Origin: a bacterium
Lineage (GTDB): Bacteria; Patescibacteriota; Minisyncoccia; Moranbacterales; UBA2206
Reading direction: 5' to 3'
NCBI GenBank assembly: GCA_029567195.1
Contig: JAKQLJ010000052.1
Coordinates: 1,505 to 65,504, forward strand
Length of the DNA: 64,000 bases
The notes beneath the pieces were generated by a model. The model worked only from the letters and a program-made list of their open reading frames with translations, searched no databases and was not told where the DNA came from. This document shows positions 37,056-46,016 of this stretch, piece by piece. Position 1 is the first letter of the stretch; each line of letters starts with the position of its first letter. The position numbers and the translations under genes were made by a program.

Positions 37056-37490
37056 GTGAATATTAAATTTAAAATCGTTACTCCAGAAAGAACCGTTTTT
37101 GAAGACAATATAGATCAGGTCACTCTTCCCACGGCCATGGGAGAGATTACTATTTTGCCTAATCATCGTTCTTACATTGCCAACTTGGTGCCGGGGGAAC
37201 TGATGATTAAAAAAGATAAGGAAGAAATTTTGATGTCGATTTCCGGCGGATTTATTGAATTTAATAAAAACGAATTAGTGATTTTGGCTGATACGGCGGA
37301 AAGAGCGGAGGAGATTGATATCAAAAGGGCAGAAGAGGGACGAGAGCGGGCGGAAAAAATCAAAGCTCAGGCCGTTTCTATGGACGAAGAGGAATTTGCC
37401 CGAGTGGCAGCCGCTATTCAAAAAGAAAGTGCCCGTATCCGAGTGGCCAAAAAACATCTGACCAAAAAAAGCATAAATATTAGTCAATAA
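37056..37490 (+). CDS. atpC: F0F1 ATP synthase subunit epsilon
   Basis: (V)NIKFKIVTPERTVFEDNIDQVTLPT..GEITILPNH fits the epsilon N-terminus. A GTG start at 37056 is chosen because upstream codons are repeat sequence. A 16-codon uORF stop (TGA 37057-37059) overlaps it. Confidence 0.8.
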   Translation: MNIKFKIVTPERTVFEDNIDQVTLPTAMGEITILPNHRSYIANLVPGELMIKKDKEEILMSISGGFIEFNKNELVILADTAERAEEIDIKRAEEGRERAEKIKAQAVSMDEEEFARVAAAIQKESARIRVAKKHLTKKSINISQ

Positions 37491-37509
37491 AATACTAATT
37501 TTCAAATTT

Positions 37510-38373
37510 ATGGAGTTTCCTAAAATAAAGACTCCGGAAGAAATAAAAGAGATTGAAGAAAAAAGAGCGAGAGTTTCTGCTTTGAGAAAAATGGACAACA
37601 AATATGAGGATTCGATAAAGAAATTAGCCGAACATGAAGGTGATTACAGATCGGAGCTAAAAAAACGATTGGAAAAAAGAGGTCATCAGGAGTTGTTAGA
37701 GGATGCGGGTTTTGTGAATGAAGAAGCAGATATATATTCCGATGAAACGTTAGAAAAAATGGAAGCGGAAAAAAAGGTGGGGATTGATGGATTGACGGGG
37801 TTAAAAAGAAGAAGCGCTTTTTTAGGAGAGGCTTCTAAAATTATAAATATTGAGATACGTTCAGGCGCCGATTTTTCCGTTTTGATGTTGGATGCCGATT
37901 TTTTTAAAAAAATAAATGATGATTTCGGTCATCCGGCCGGAGACAGCTTTCTGGTTCAAATTGCGGAAATAATAAAGAGAAATGTTCGAAAAGCGGATTT
38001 GGTTTGTCGCTATGGAGGAGAGGAATTTGTCATTTTATTGCCGGACACGGAAAAGGACGGAGCATTGACAGTTGCAGAAAAAATAAAAGAAAGTATGGAA
38101 AATAATATATTTAAGATAGAAAATAATGAAGGAGATGAAGTTGAATTAAAAGGAAAGACATTAAGCATTGGATGTGTTGTTTCCAGTCAGATGAAAGAAT
38201 ATCAGGATTTTAAAAAAAGACAAAAAGAAGGCAGGAAAGATCCGGATCATTTTAATTCCCAGGATTTTTTGGAAAAAATGATCAGGTGTGCTGATGAAGC
38301 GCTTTACAGGTCAAAAAACTCGGGACGCAACAAGGTGACTCTTTATGAAAAAATCAAAGTGGAAGTGTTATAA
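37510..38373 (+). CDS. diguanylate cyclase (GGDEF domain)
   Basis: DGLTGLKRRSAF, DADFFKKINDDFGHPAGD, RYGGEEFVILLPDT. Confidence 0.85.
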   Translation: MEFPKIKTPEEIKEIEEKRARVSALRKMDNKYEDSIKKLAEHEGDYRSELKKRLEKRGHQELLEDAGFVNEEADIYSDETLEKMEAEKKVGIDGLTGLKRRSAFLGEASKIINIEIRSGADFSVLMLDADFFKKINDDFGHPAGDSFLVQIAEIIKRNVRKADLVCRYGGEEFVILLPDTEKDGALTVAEKIKESMENNIFKIENNEGDEVELKGKTLSIGCVVSSQMKEYQDFKKRQKEGRKDPDHFNSQDFLEKMIRCADEALYRSKNSGRNKVTLYEKIKVEVL

Positions 38374-38390
38374 TTGTTTTAATTAATTTT

Positions 38391-38837
38391 ATGAAAACAG
38401 ACTTTAAATTTAAAAATGTTCATAGTTGCGAAGCGGTGGTTTTAACTTGCATCGACTTCAGATTTTGGCGGGAAACTTTGGAATTTGTTGAAAAAGAACT
38501 GGGCATAAAAACGTTTGATTTTCCCTCTCTCCCCGGATCAGCCAAAGCTATCAATGAATGCCTAAATGATACCGACCTGGCAATGCAATGCATCAACGTT
38601 CCTTGTGATCTTCATCACGCAAAAAAAATTGTGATAGTCAATCATGAAGATTGCGGTGCATATGGCGGGTCAGCCAAATTTTCCGGCGATGCAAAAGCGG
38701 AAATAAATTTTCACGAAAATGAGCTAAAGAAAGCCAAGGAAAAAATAATGGAAAAATATCCTGATAAGGAAGTAATCTTGGCTTACGCCAAACTTTCCGA
38801 AGATAAAAAAAACATTGAATTTTTGACGATAAAATAG
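38391..38837 (+). CDS. beta-carbonic-anhydrase-like fold protein (uncertain)
   Basis: CIDFRF and HEDCGAYGG resemble the C-x-D-x-R and H-x-x-C-G zinc-ligand motifs of beta-CA. 148 aa. Confidence 0.4.
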   Translation: MKTDFKFKNVHSCEAVVLTCIDFRFWRETLEFVEKELGIKTFDFPSLPGSAKAINECLNDTDLAMQCINVPCDLHHAKKIVIVNHEDCGAYGGSAKFSGDAKAEINFHENELKKAKEKIMEKYPDKEVILAYAKLSEDKKNIEFLTIK

Positions 38838-38925
38838 GAAACATGCAGAGTGCGATTGGGATAGCGAGTTTACCTTTATAAACGGGTAAACTTTTTGTTA
38901 ACAGTTTTTTAAAAAGGAGGCGATA

Positions 38926-39402
38926 ATGTTTAGTAGTGAAGAAACAAGTATCAGAGAAAAGTTTTCTTTCTGGAGGCTCTTTCCGCTTCAAGACTTTCAC
39001 ATTAAAAAAAGTTCTGATTATCTGATTTTTTGTTGTGATTGCTCCAGGGAAAAAGTGGAAAAGGAACTGATCGAAATTTTGAGTCGGCAAAACGGTTTGC
39101 CGGTGGAATATCACATCGCGGCAAGATTGGGAGGGCCACTATTTTTTAATTGCTTGCCTTATCTTCATGGCGGAATGGAGGCAGTTGATTATTTCAATCA
39201 GGAAGCAAAAAACGTGAAGAAATCCGTCCAAGTCATTCTTGTTTTTTGTTTTTGCGATGATGTTCAAAAGACGGGCTATGATTTGGAAGGAATCATTTAT
39301 GCTATGCATAGCGTTCGAGGTCTCTTTACTACTCTTTACTATGTCACAAAAATCAGCATCATTCTTAGTTTGGAGGAGGGAATGTTTGCTCTCTTAAGCT
39401 AA
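38926..39402 (+). CDS. hypothetical protein, possibly a degenerate paralogue of 38391..38837
   Basis: 158-aa ORF. LIFCCDCS and VILVFCFCDD occupy positions comparable to CIDFRF and HEDCG in the upstream protein. Confidence 0.35.
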   Translation: MFSSEETSIREKFSFWRLFPLQDFHIKKSSDYLIFCCDCSREKVEKELIEILSRQNGLPVEYHIAARLGGPLFFNCLPYLHGGMEAVDYFNQEAKNVKKSVQVILVFCFCDDVQKTGYDLEGIIYAMHSVRGLFTTLYYVTKISIILSLEEGMFALLS

Positions 39403-39466
39403 AAACGGCGGGTTTCAAATGAAATCGGCCGTTTTCTTCTTGCTACTTTTAAAAATAGAAAATATT

Positions 39467-39475
39467 TGCTATAAT
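39467..39475 (+). promoter_or_regulatory. extended -10 promoter element (TGcTATAAT)
   Basis: Perfect TGnTATAAT about 25 nt upstream of the ATG at 39501. Confidence 0.4.
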
Positions 39476-39500
39476 GGGGGCGTAATAAATAAGCAAAAAT

Positions 39501-40463
39501 ATGAATAAAACCTTAAAAATAATTGGAATAGTCATCGGAGCATTTGTTCTCTTGGTGGCGGCTTTTACAGTTTCTCAGAAAACTATGATGGGAGGGAAAG
39601 CAATATATCAGTCGAATTATTTGTCTGAAGTGGACGAAGGTGTTATGGATGATTCTCGATTTTCTCCGGTAGCTGACATGGGAAGTCCGGTGGCTTCTCC
39701 GGCGAGCCGATCAAAATCTTCAGAAATTGTTGCAAATGAAGAAACGATCGTCGCTCCCGAGAGTGAAAAGAAAATAATAAAAAACGGAAACCTTAGTTTA
39801 AAAGTTGATAATGTTGACCGAGCAGGAGCGGATATTTTAAAAATCGCGCGCGATAACGAAGGTGAAGTGGCTTCTTCCAATGTGTATCAAAGCGGAAGCA
39901 AGGTAAAAAGGGGTAATATTACAGTAAAAGTACCGGTGAAAAATTTTGAAAAAACTTTTTCGGAACTTAAGAAGGTAGCCAGTCTTGTCATCAGCGAATC
40001 AACTTCAGGGGCGGATGTTACCGAACAATATGCCGATCTTCAGGCGCAAATTAAAAATAAAAAAGCCGAAGAGGAAGCCTTTGTTCGCATAATGACGCAA
40101 GCTCAAAAAATTGATGACATTCTGGCGGTTCAAAGAGAATTATCCCGAGTGCGCGGACAAATTGAACAAATTCAGGGCAGGATAAAATATATGGAAAGCC
40201 AGACGGATATGTCGACAATCAGTGTCAGCCTTTCGGAAGATGCCAGCATCTCCATTGCCGATAGATGGAGGCCACTACAGGTAGCCAAAGAATCAGCGAG
40301 TGTTCTTATCAAGAAAGTCCAAAATTTTGTGGATTTTGTGATCAGGCTTATTATTCTTGTATTGCCGGTATTCATTCTTTATCTGCTTCTAGTTCTGGTC
40401 GTATTCAAAGTTGTTAAAAGAATTTATCTTAAATTCAAGAAAAAAGAACCAAATCAGTCTTAA
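39501..40463 (+). CDS. DUF4349 domain membrane protein
   Basis: N-terminal TM helix. IIKNGNLSLKVDNVD..., coiled-coil EQYADLQAQIKNKKAEEEAF..LSRVRGQIEQIQGRIKYM, and a C-terminal TM helix. This is the layout typical of DUF4349. Confidence 0.7.
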   Translation: MNKTLKIIGIVIGAFVLLVAAFTVSQKTMMGGKAIYQSNYLSEVDEGVMDDSRFSPVADMGSPVASPASRSKSSEIVANEETIVAPESEKKIIKNGNLSLKVDNVDRAGADILKIARDNEGEVASSNVYQSGSKVKRGNITVKVPVKNFEKTFSELKKVASLVISESTSGADVTEQYADLQAQIKNKKAEEEAFVRIMTQAQKIDDILAVQRELSRVRGQIEQIQGRIKYMESQTDMSTISVSLSEDASISIADRWRPLQVAKESASVLIKKVQNFVDFVIRLIILVLPVFILYLLLVLVVFKVVKRIYLKFKKKEPNQS

Positions 40464-40527
40464 TACTGGAAACCTTGGAGCTTAAAAAATCCCTGCCTAA
40501 AAAACGGTGGGGATTTTGATTTGAATT

Positions 40528-40560
40528 AAAAAACCGGGAACGCGAATGGCGCGTTCCCGG
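40528..40560 (-). terminator. rho-independent terminator
   Basis: CCGGGAACGC / GCGTTCCCGG stem (40534-40560) with a T-run on the minus strand (A-run 40528-40533), 5 nt after the stop of ORF 40565..40912. Confidence 0.75.
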
Positions 40561-40564
40561 ATAG

Positions 40565-40912
40565 TTAATTGTGGACAACAAGGAGAATCAAAGACCTTAC
40601 TCCCAAGCTGTCCAGTGTCGTTCCGGTGATCTTGTAGACCGAACTTCCAACGTAGAAAAGTTCGTTTTTTTTCACGGAGAATTCGGCAATAGTGTCTGTG
40701 TTGTCGCGGACCAACAAGACGTATTCTGTAACTAGTGTTCCCGTGGACGACAGGTTGGTCACGGTGCCCTTATACATGATGGCCTTGTTTGTCCCCACAA
40801 AGAACGAAGTCCATTGCCCCTTGGGGAGCAGGTCTTCGGCCTGGGCTGTCGACACGATTATGACGAATGAAACCAGGGCGATAACTGCGAAAAACACTGT
40901 CAACTTTTTCAT
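40565..40912 (-). CDS. small secreted hypothetical protein
   Basis: 115 aa with signal peptide MKKLTVFFAVIALVSFVIIVSTAQA. Confidence 0.55.
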   Translation of the reverse strand: MKKLTVFFAVIALVSFVIIVSTAQAEDLLPKGQWTSFFVGTNKAIMYKGTVTNLSSTGTLVTEYVLLVRDNTDTIAEFSVKKNELFYVGSSVYKITGTTLDSLGVRSLILLVVHN

Positions 40913-41153
40913 AAAATCCCCTTTTCTTTAAAGAACAAATAGGTTAAACTGATCACTCTTTCACTCTACAATCTACTATTATACACCAGCGGCAATAAAA
41001 AGTCAAACAGTGATGCCATTTTATGGCTTAAATAAGGGAAAATATTTTTTTAAAAAGCTGTTTTAAATAATAAATTTTACCAAATCGGCTTTGTGGTCAT
41101 CCGGATCTTTTTATTTCTTGAAATAATAGTGAAAGTAAGTTAAAGTTAAGAAT

Positions 41154-44120
41154 ATGGAGAAATATAATCCTCAAAAAATTGAAGAAAAATGGGCGAAATT
41201 TTGGGAGAAACATCCTGAGCTTTATTCGGCCAAAAACGATCCGAAAAAGTCTAAAAAATATATTTTAGATATGTTTCCATACCCTTCCGGCGACGGCCTT
41301 CATGTGGGACACGTGGAAAGCTATACGGCGACTGACATAATGTCGAGATACTTAAGGATGAGCGGGAAAAACGTCCTCCATCCCCAAGGATGGGACGCTT
41401 TTGGTCTTCCAGCCGAAAATTATGCCATAAAAACCAAAGTCCATCCGGCCGAAACTACCAAAAAAGCTATCAACAATTTTAAGCGCCAGATGAATTCCAT
41501 GGGATTTTCCTATGATTGGTCGCGCGAAGTCAATTCTTCCGATCCGAATTATTATAAATGGACCCAATGGTTTTTCCTTCTGCTTTATAAAAATAAACTT
41601 GCCTATAAAGCCAAGGCCAAGGTGAATTGGTGCGAGAGTTGCAAGACGGTGCTGGCTAATGAGCAAGTGATAGACGGAAAATGCGAGCGTTGCGGCAATT
41701 TAGTTGTCCAAAAAGATCTTGAGCAATGGTTTTTCAAGATTACTGATTTTATTGAGGACAGACCTCACCCCGACCCTCTCCTTAGTAAGGAGAAGGAGGT
41801 GACTTCTGGTTTAATAAATGGCTTGGAAAAGGTTGATTGGCCGGAATCGACCAAGGCGGCTCAGAAAAATTGGATCGGAAAAAGCGAAGGAGCCGAAATA
41901 GAATTTGGAATTTTGAATTCTGCCCGCCTGCCGGCGAAGCAGGAATTTAGAATTAAGGTATATACTACACGAATTGATACTATTTATGGCTGCACTTATT
42001 GTGTTATAGCTCCGGAACACAAAATAATCTCAAATCTCAAATCTCAAATCTCAAATTTTGATGAGATTGAGGAGTATATAAAAAATACCAAAAAGAAATC
42101 CGATCTTGATAGGATGGAAAATAAGGATAAGACAGGGGTGGAAGTCAAAGGCATAAAAGTCATAAATCCATTTACCAAAGAAGAATTGCCGCTTTTTGTG
42201 GCGGACTACGTTTTGGCGCAATATGGCACAGGAGCGGTAATGGCTGTGCCGGCGCACGACGAGCGGGACTGGGAATTTGCCAAAAAATATAATTTGCCGA
42301 TTAGGCAATCGATTTCTTCTCAAAAGGAGAGTTTTGAGGGAACAACAAAAACTCTTGAAGTTTTGAAAAAAATATATGAGGCTGCCCGAAAGGAGGATAT
42401 AAAGTTTTGGGTATTAGGCGGTCTGGCCAATGCTTTTTATGCGGGTATTATTTATAGAAAACATGAAGACCTAGACCTAATCGCTAAAGATGAGGAAAGT
42501 CGGGGAAAACTAGTAAGTTTAATGGAGGGGATAGGATTTAAAAAAATTAAGGAAAAGAAGCTATCGGATAATCTTACTAATTTTATCTTTGAAAATGAAG
42601 ATGGCGTTGAGATAGATATCGGGCCATATTTAAAAGAATTTGGCTTAGCTGATGATGATTTCGAAGAAGATGAGAAAGATTTAAATGGATATAAATCTTT
42701 GATTATTAGCAAGAAATTTGTAAAAAGTTTCAAAGAATTTCAATTAAAAAATAGAACCGAGGAAAAAGATAGGTTAGATCTGGAGTATCTAAATGGAAAA
42801 GTTTTTGTTGATGACGGAGTTTTAGTTAATTCTGATAAATATTCAGGACTTACTTCCGAAGAAGCCAGGGAGAAAATGGCGGAATGGCTTGTTGAAAATA
42901 ATTTAGGACATAAAAAGATCAATTACAAGATCCGTGATTGGCTGGTTTCCCGCCAGAGGTATTGGGGCGCGCCGATCCCGGTAATCTATTGCGACAAATG
43001 CGGAGAAGTGCCTGTTTCAGAAAAAGATCTGCCTGTTATGCTTCCGACTGACGTGGATTTTAAGCCGACCGGAGAATCGCCGCTAAAATATTCCAAGGAA
43101 TTTCAAAATGTTAAATGTCCGAAATGCGGCGCAGATGCAAAGAGAGAATCGGACACGATGGACACTTTCGTCTGTTCCTCTTGGTATTATTTCCGTTATG
43201 CCGATCCAAAAAATGAAAAAGAATTTGCTTCCAAAGATTTGATCAAGAAATGGCTTCCTGTCGATCTTTATGTCGGAGGAGCAGAGCATACCGTCCTTCA
43301 TCTCCTTTATTCCAGATTTTTTACGAAAGTTTTGCATAATTTAGGATATATCGGATTTGATGAGCCGTTTTTGAAACTCAGACACCAGGGAATAATTCTT
43401 TCAGAAGACGGGAGAAAGATGAGTAAATCTTTGGGAAACGTGGTTAACCCTGACGACGAGGTGAAAAAATTCGGCGCTGATGCGCTCAGACTTTTTGAAA
43501 TGTTTATGGGACCGCTGGAAGATATGAAACCTTGGCAGACCAATGGACTTGTCGGAACTTATCGGTTTTTAGAAAAAGCTTGGAAACTTAAAACAAGTCA
43601 TTTTGGTGGAGGAATACTTGAGGCAGAAAATAATGATAAAGAAGCTGATATTATAATCAATAAAACAATCAAAAAAGTTACCGAAGATATTGAGTCATTA
43701 AAATTTAACACTGCAATCAGCGAATTAATGATTGCTTTAAACAGAATACAAAATTTAATATTACGAAATACTTTAAGTGATGAGGTAAAAAATAATTTTA
43801 GAGAAAAATATCTCATCATTCTTTCCCCATTTGCCCCATTCATCGCTGAAGAAATCTGGGAGAAACTTGGACACAAAGAGAGCATATTCAAGGAAGCATG
43901 GCCGAAATATGATGAAAAATTAATTCAAGACGAAGAAATAGATTTAGTCATTCAAATTAACGGCAAAGTCCGGGATAAAATAAAAGTAAGTGCTAATCTG
44001 GATGAAGAAGAAGCCAAAAAGATGGCGCTTGAAAGTGAAAAAGTAAAAAATCATATAGAGGGCAAAAAAATAAAGAAGGTCATATTCGTTAGGGGGAAGC
44101 TGGTAAGTATCGTAATCTAA
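41154..44120 (+). CDS. leuS: leucine--tRNA ligase with an in-frame ~165-aa nucleotidyltransferase-like insertion
   Basis: HIGH (HVGH), editing domain (TTRIDTIYGCTYCVIAPEH, GTGAVMAVPAHDERDWEFA), KMSKS. 988 aa, longer than the ~860-aa E. coli enzyme recalled from memory. See findings. Confidence 0.95.
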   Translation: MEKYNPQKIEEKWAKFWEKHPELYSAKNDPKKSKKYILDMFPYPSGDGLHVGHVESYTATDIMSRYLRMSGKNVLHPQGWDAFGLPAENYAIKTKVHPAETTKKAINNFKRQMNSMGFSYDWSREVNSSDPNYYKWTQWFFLLLYKNKLAYKAKAKVNWCESCKTVLANEQVIDGKCERCGNLVVQKDLEQWFFKITDFIEDRPHPDPLLSKEKEVTSGLINGLEKVDWPESTKAAQKNWIGKSEGAEIEFGILNSARLPAKQEFRIKVYTTRIDTIYGCTYCVIAPEHKIISNLKSQISNFDEIEEYIKNTKKKSDLDRMENKDKTGVEVKGIKVINPFTKEELPLFVADYVLAQYGTGAVMAVPAHDERDWEFAKKYNLPIRQSISSQKESFEGTTKTLEVLKKIYEAARKEDIKFWVLGGLANAFYAGIIYRKHEDLDLIAKDEESRGKLVSLMEGIGFKKIKEKKLSDNLTNFIFENEDGVEIDIGPYLKEFGLADDDFEEDEKDLNGYKSLIISKKFVKSFKEFQLKNRTEEKDRLDLEYLNGKVFVDDGVLVNSDKYSGLTSEEAREKMAEWLVENNLGHKKINYKIRDWLVSRQRYWGAPIPVIYCDKCGEVPVSEKDLPVMLPTDVDFKPTGESPLKYSKEFQNVKCPKCGADAKRESDTMDTFVCSSWYYFRYADPKNEKEFASKDLIKKWLPVDLYVGGAEHTVLHLLYSRFFTKVLHNLGYIGFDEPFLKLRHQGIILSEDGRKMSKSLGNVVNPDDEVKKFGADALRLFEMFMGPLEDMKPWQTNGLVGTYRFLEKAWKLKTSHFGGGILEAENNDKEADIIINKTIKKVTEDIESLKFNTAISELMIALNRIQNLILRNTLSDEVKNNFREKYLIILSPFAPFIAEEIWEKLGHKESIFKEAWPKYDEKLIQDEEIDLVIQINGKVRDKIKVSANLDEEEAKKMALESEKVKNHIEGKKIKKVIFVRGKLVSIVI

Positions 44121-44234
44121 GAATTTATAATTGTGAATTGAGAATGTAGAATTTGGAAAGATTTTTATGGTGTTAATTCCCAAATTTAATATTCCTATTC
44201 AAAATTCTAAATTCTAAATTCCTAATTCAAATTT
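44121..44234. repeat. AT-rich inverted-repeat element (GAATTTAGAATT type)
   Basis: GAATTTATAATTGTGAATTGAGAATGTAGAATTTGG faces CCCAAATTT..AAAATTCTAAATTCTAAATTCC. Same family as 33939..34057. Confidence 0.6.
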
Positions 44235-44915
44235 ATGCAAGCAGTAATCTTGGCGGCTGGCAGGGGGAAAAGGATGAAAGGTTTAACCAGAAACCTTCCG
44301 AAGCCGATGCTCAAAGTGAAAGGAAAACCTATCTTGGAGCATAAAATAAATGCCCTGCCCAAAAAGATAAAGGAGGTCATTATTATTGTCGGGCATTGCG
44401 GGGAACATATTCTTTCCCATTTTAAGAGATATTTTGCCGGAAGAAAAATAATTTATGTTTATCAGAATAAATTTAACGGCACCGGAGGAGCTTTGCATCT
44501 GGCTAAAAGTATTTTAAAAGACAAATTTTTGGTAATGATGGGTGATGATTTTTACCATAAGAAAGATTTAGCTGAACTTATCAATCACGATCTGGCTATC
44601 TTGGGCTTCGAAGTAGACGATCCTTCTCAATTTGGAGTGATAAAAACCACCAAAAGGGGCTATATGACAGAAGTCATTGAGAAACCTAAAAGATCAAGAA
44701 ATAAATTAGCCAATACTGGCGTTTATGTTATGGATAAAAGATTTTTTAATTACGAATTGGTCTCGGTTGGCAACGGAGAATTCGGCCTTCCTCAAACTTT
44801 TGCCAAAATGGCTTATGATCACAAAATAAAAGTAGCCAAGGCTCGAGCTTGGCATTCCATTGGAAACCCCCAAGACCTTAAGAAGGCGGAAGAAGTGCTC
44901 CATCTATTCCTGTAA
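44235..44915 (+). CDS. sugar-phosphate nucleotidyltransferase
   Basis: AVILAAGRGKRMKGLTRNLPKPML and GTGGAL..MMGDDF (NTP_transferase fold). Confidence 0.8.
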   Translation: MQAVILAAGRGKRMKGLTRNLPKPMLKVKGKPILEHKINALPKKIKEVIIIVGHCGEHILSHFKRYFAGRKIIYVYQNKFNGTGGALHLAKSILKDKFLVMMGDDFYHKKDLAELINHDLAILGFEVDDPSQFGVIKTTKRGYMTEVIEKPKRSRNKLANTGVYVMDKRFFNYELVSVGNGEFGLPQTFAKMAYDHKIKVAKARAWHSIGNPQDLKKAEEVLHLFL

Positions 44916-44931
44916 TCATTAGAAGAAAAGC

Positions 44932-45960
44932 GTGAAAACAAAAAACGTCGTTACAATTGGCGGAGGAACCGGCAGTTTTATGCTTCTCTCAGGACTTAAA
45001 AAATATCCGATAAACATTGCGGCTATTGTTTCCATGGCGGATGATGGCGGTTCAACCGGAGTTCTTCGGGATGAGCTGGGTGTATTGCCGCCGGGAGATG
45101 TCAGGCAGTGTCTGGTGGCCTTGAGCGAATCATCAGGGGCGCTTCGGGAGCTTATGAGCTATCGTTTTGACGGAGGAGGGCTGAAAGGGCACAGTTTTGG
45201 AAATCTTTTGCTTTCAGCTTTGGAAAAAATTAACGGAGATTTTGCAAAAGGCGTGGAAGAAGCGGCAAAAATATTGAATGTTAAGGGAGATGTAATTCCG
45301 GTAACGGAGGAAAGCACCAATCTTTATATGAAGCTCAAAAATGGCAAAGTTCTCAAAGGAGAGGAACAGATCAATCATAATTTTGAAATTGAAAGAGCGG
45401 GAATAAGCCGGAACTATCTTTATCCCAAAGCCAAAGCCAACCCCAAGGCCATAAAAAAAATTAAAGAGGCCGATCTTATAATTATCGGGCCGGGCAATCA
45501 TTATTGCAGTATTATTCCTAATTTTTTAGTCAGTGGAATTCCCGAGGCCATCAGAAAATCAAAGGCAAAAGTGGTTTTTAATTGTAATTTAGTTAATAAA
45601 AAAGGCCATACGGAAAAATTTAGCCTGAATAATTATGTTGATTCGATAGGTAAATATATCGGAAAAGACAGAATTGATTTCATCACTTTTAACAGTAAAA
45701 AACCTAGCGAAAGCCTGATTAAAAAATATGAAAGCAAAAAGGAGCTATTGATTAAGTTTGATCCCGATGAAAGTAAAAAGGGGAGATTCAAAGTAATTCA
45801 GGCGGATATTTTGAGCAATATCAAGCCGCAATATAGCAAAAACGACGTTCTGGCGGCTCATCGGGCTTTTATCCGCCATGATAGCACAAAACTGGCGCGG
45901 ATTTTGATGATGATTATGGAATTGGGAGAGCATGAAAATATAATAAAACAGATAATTTAA
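44932..45960 (+). CDS. YvcK/CofD-like (UPF0052) gluconeogenesis factor family protein
   Basis: VVTIGGGTGSF, SMADDGGSTGVLRDELGVLPPGDVRQCLVAL. GTG start. Confidence 0.85.
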   Translation: MKTKNVVTIGGGTGSFMLLSGLKKYPINIAAIVSMADDGGSTGVLRDELGVLPPGDVRQCLVALSESSGALRELMSYRFDGGGLKGHSFGNLLLSALEKINGDFAKGVEEAAKILNVKGDVIPVTEESTNLYMKLKNGKVLKGEEQINHNFEIERAGISRNYLYPKAKANPKAIKKIKEADLIIIGPGNHYCSIIPNFLVSGIPEAIRKSKAKVVFNCNLVNKKGHTEKFSLNNYVDSIGKYIGKDRIDFITFNSKKPSESLIKKYESKKELLIKFDPDESKKGRFKVIQADILSNIKPQYSKNDVLAAHRAFIRHDSTKLARILMMIMELGEHENIIKQII

Positions 45961-46016
45961 ATATTTTGATCCGGTGTCAGTTCCAATAAAACCCCTTGAA
46001 CATTATAAAAATAGAT

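Noticed and set aside
42315-42810. The LeuS insertion considered as an intein or a misassembled separate gene
   Set aside because: There is no Cys/Ser/Thr at the N-junction, no His-Asn plus nucleophile at the C-junction, and no homing-endonuclease motifs. The frame is continuous with no internal start or SD context.
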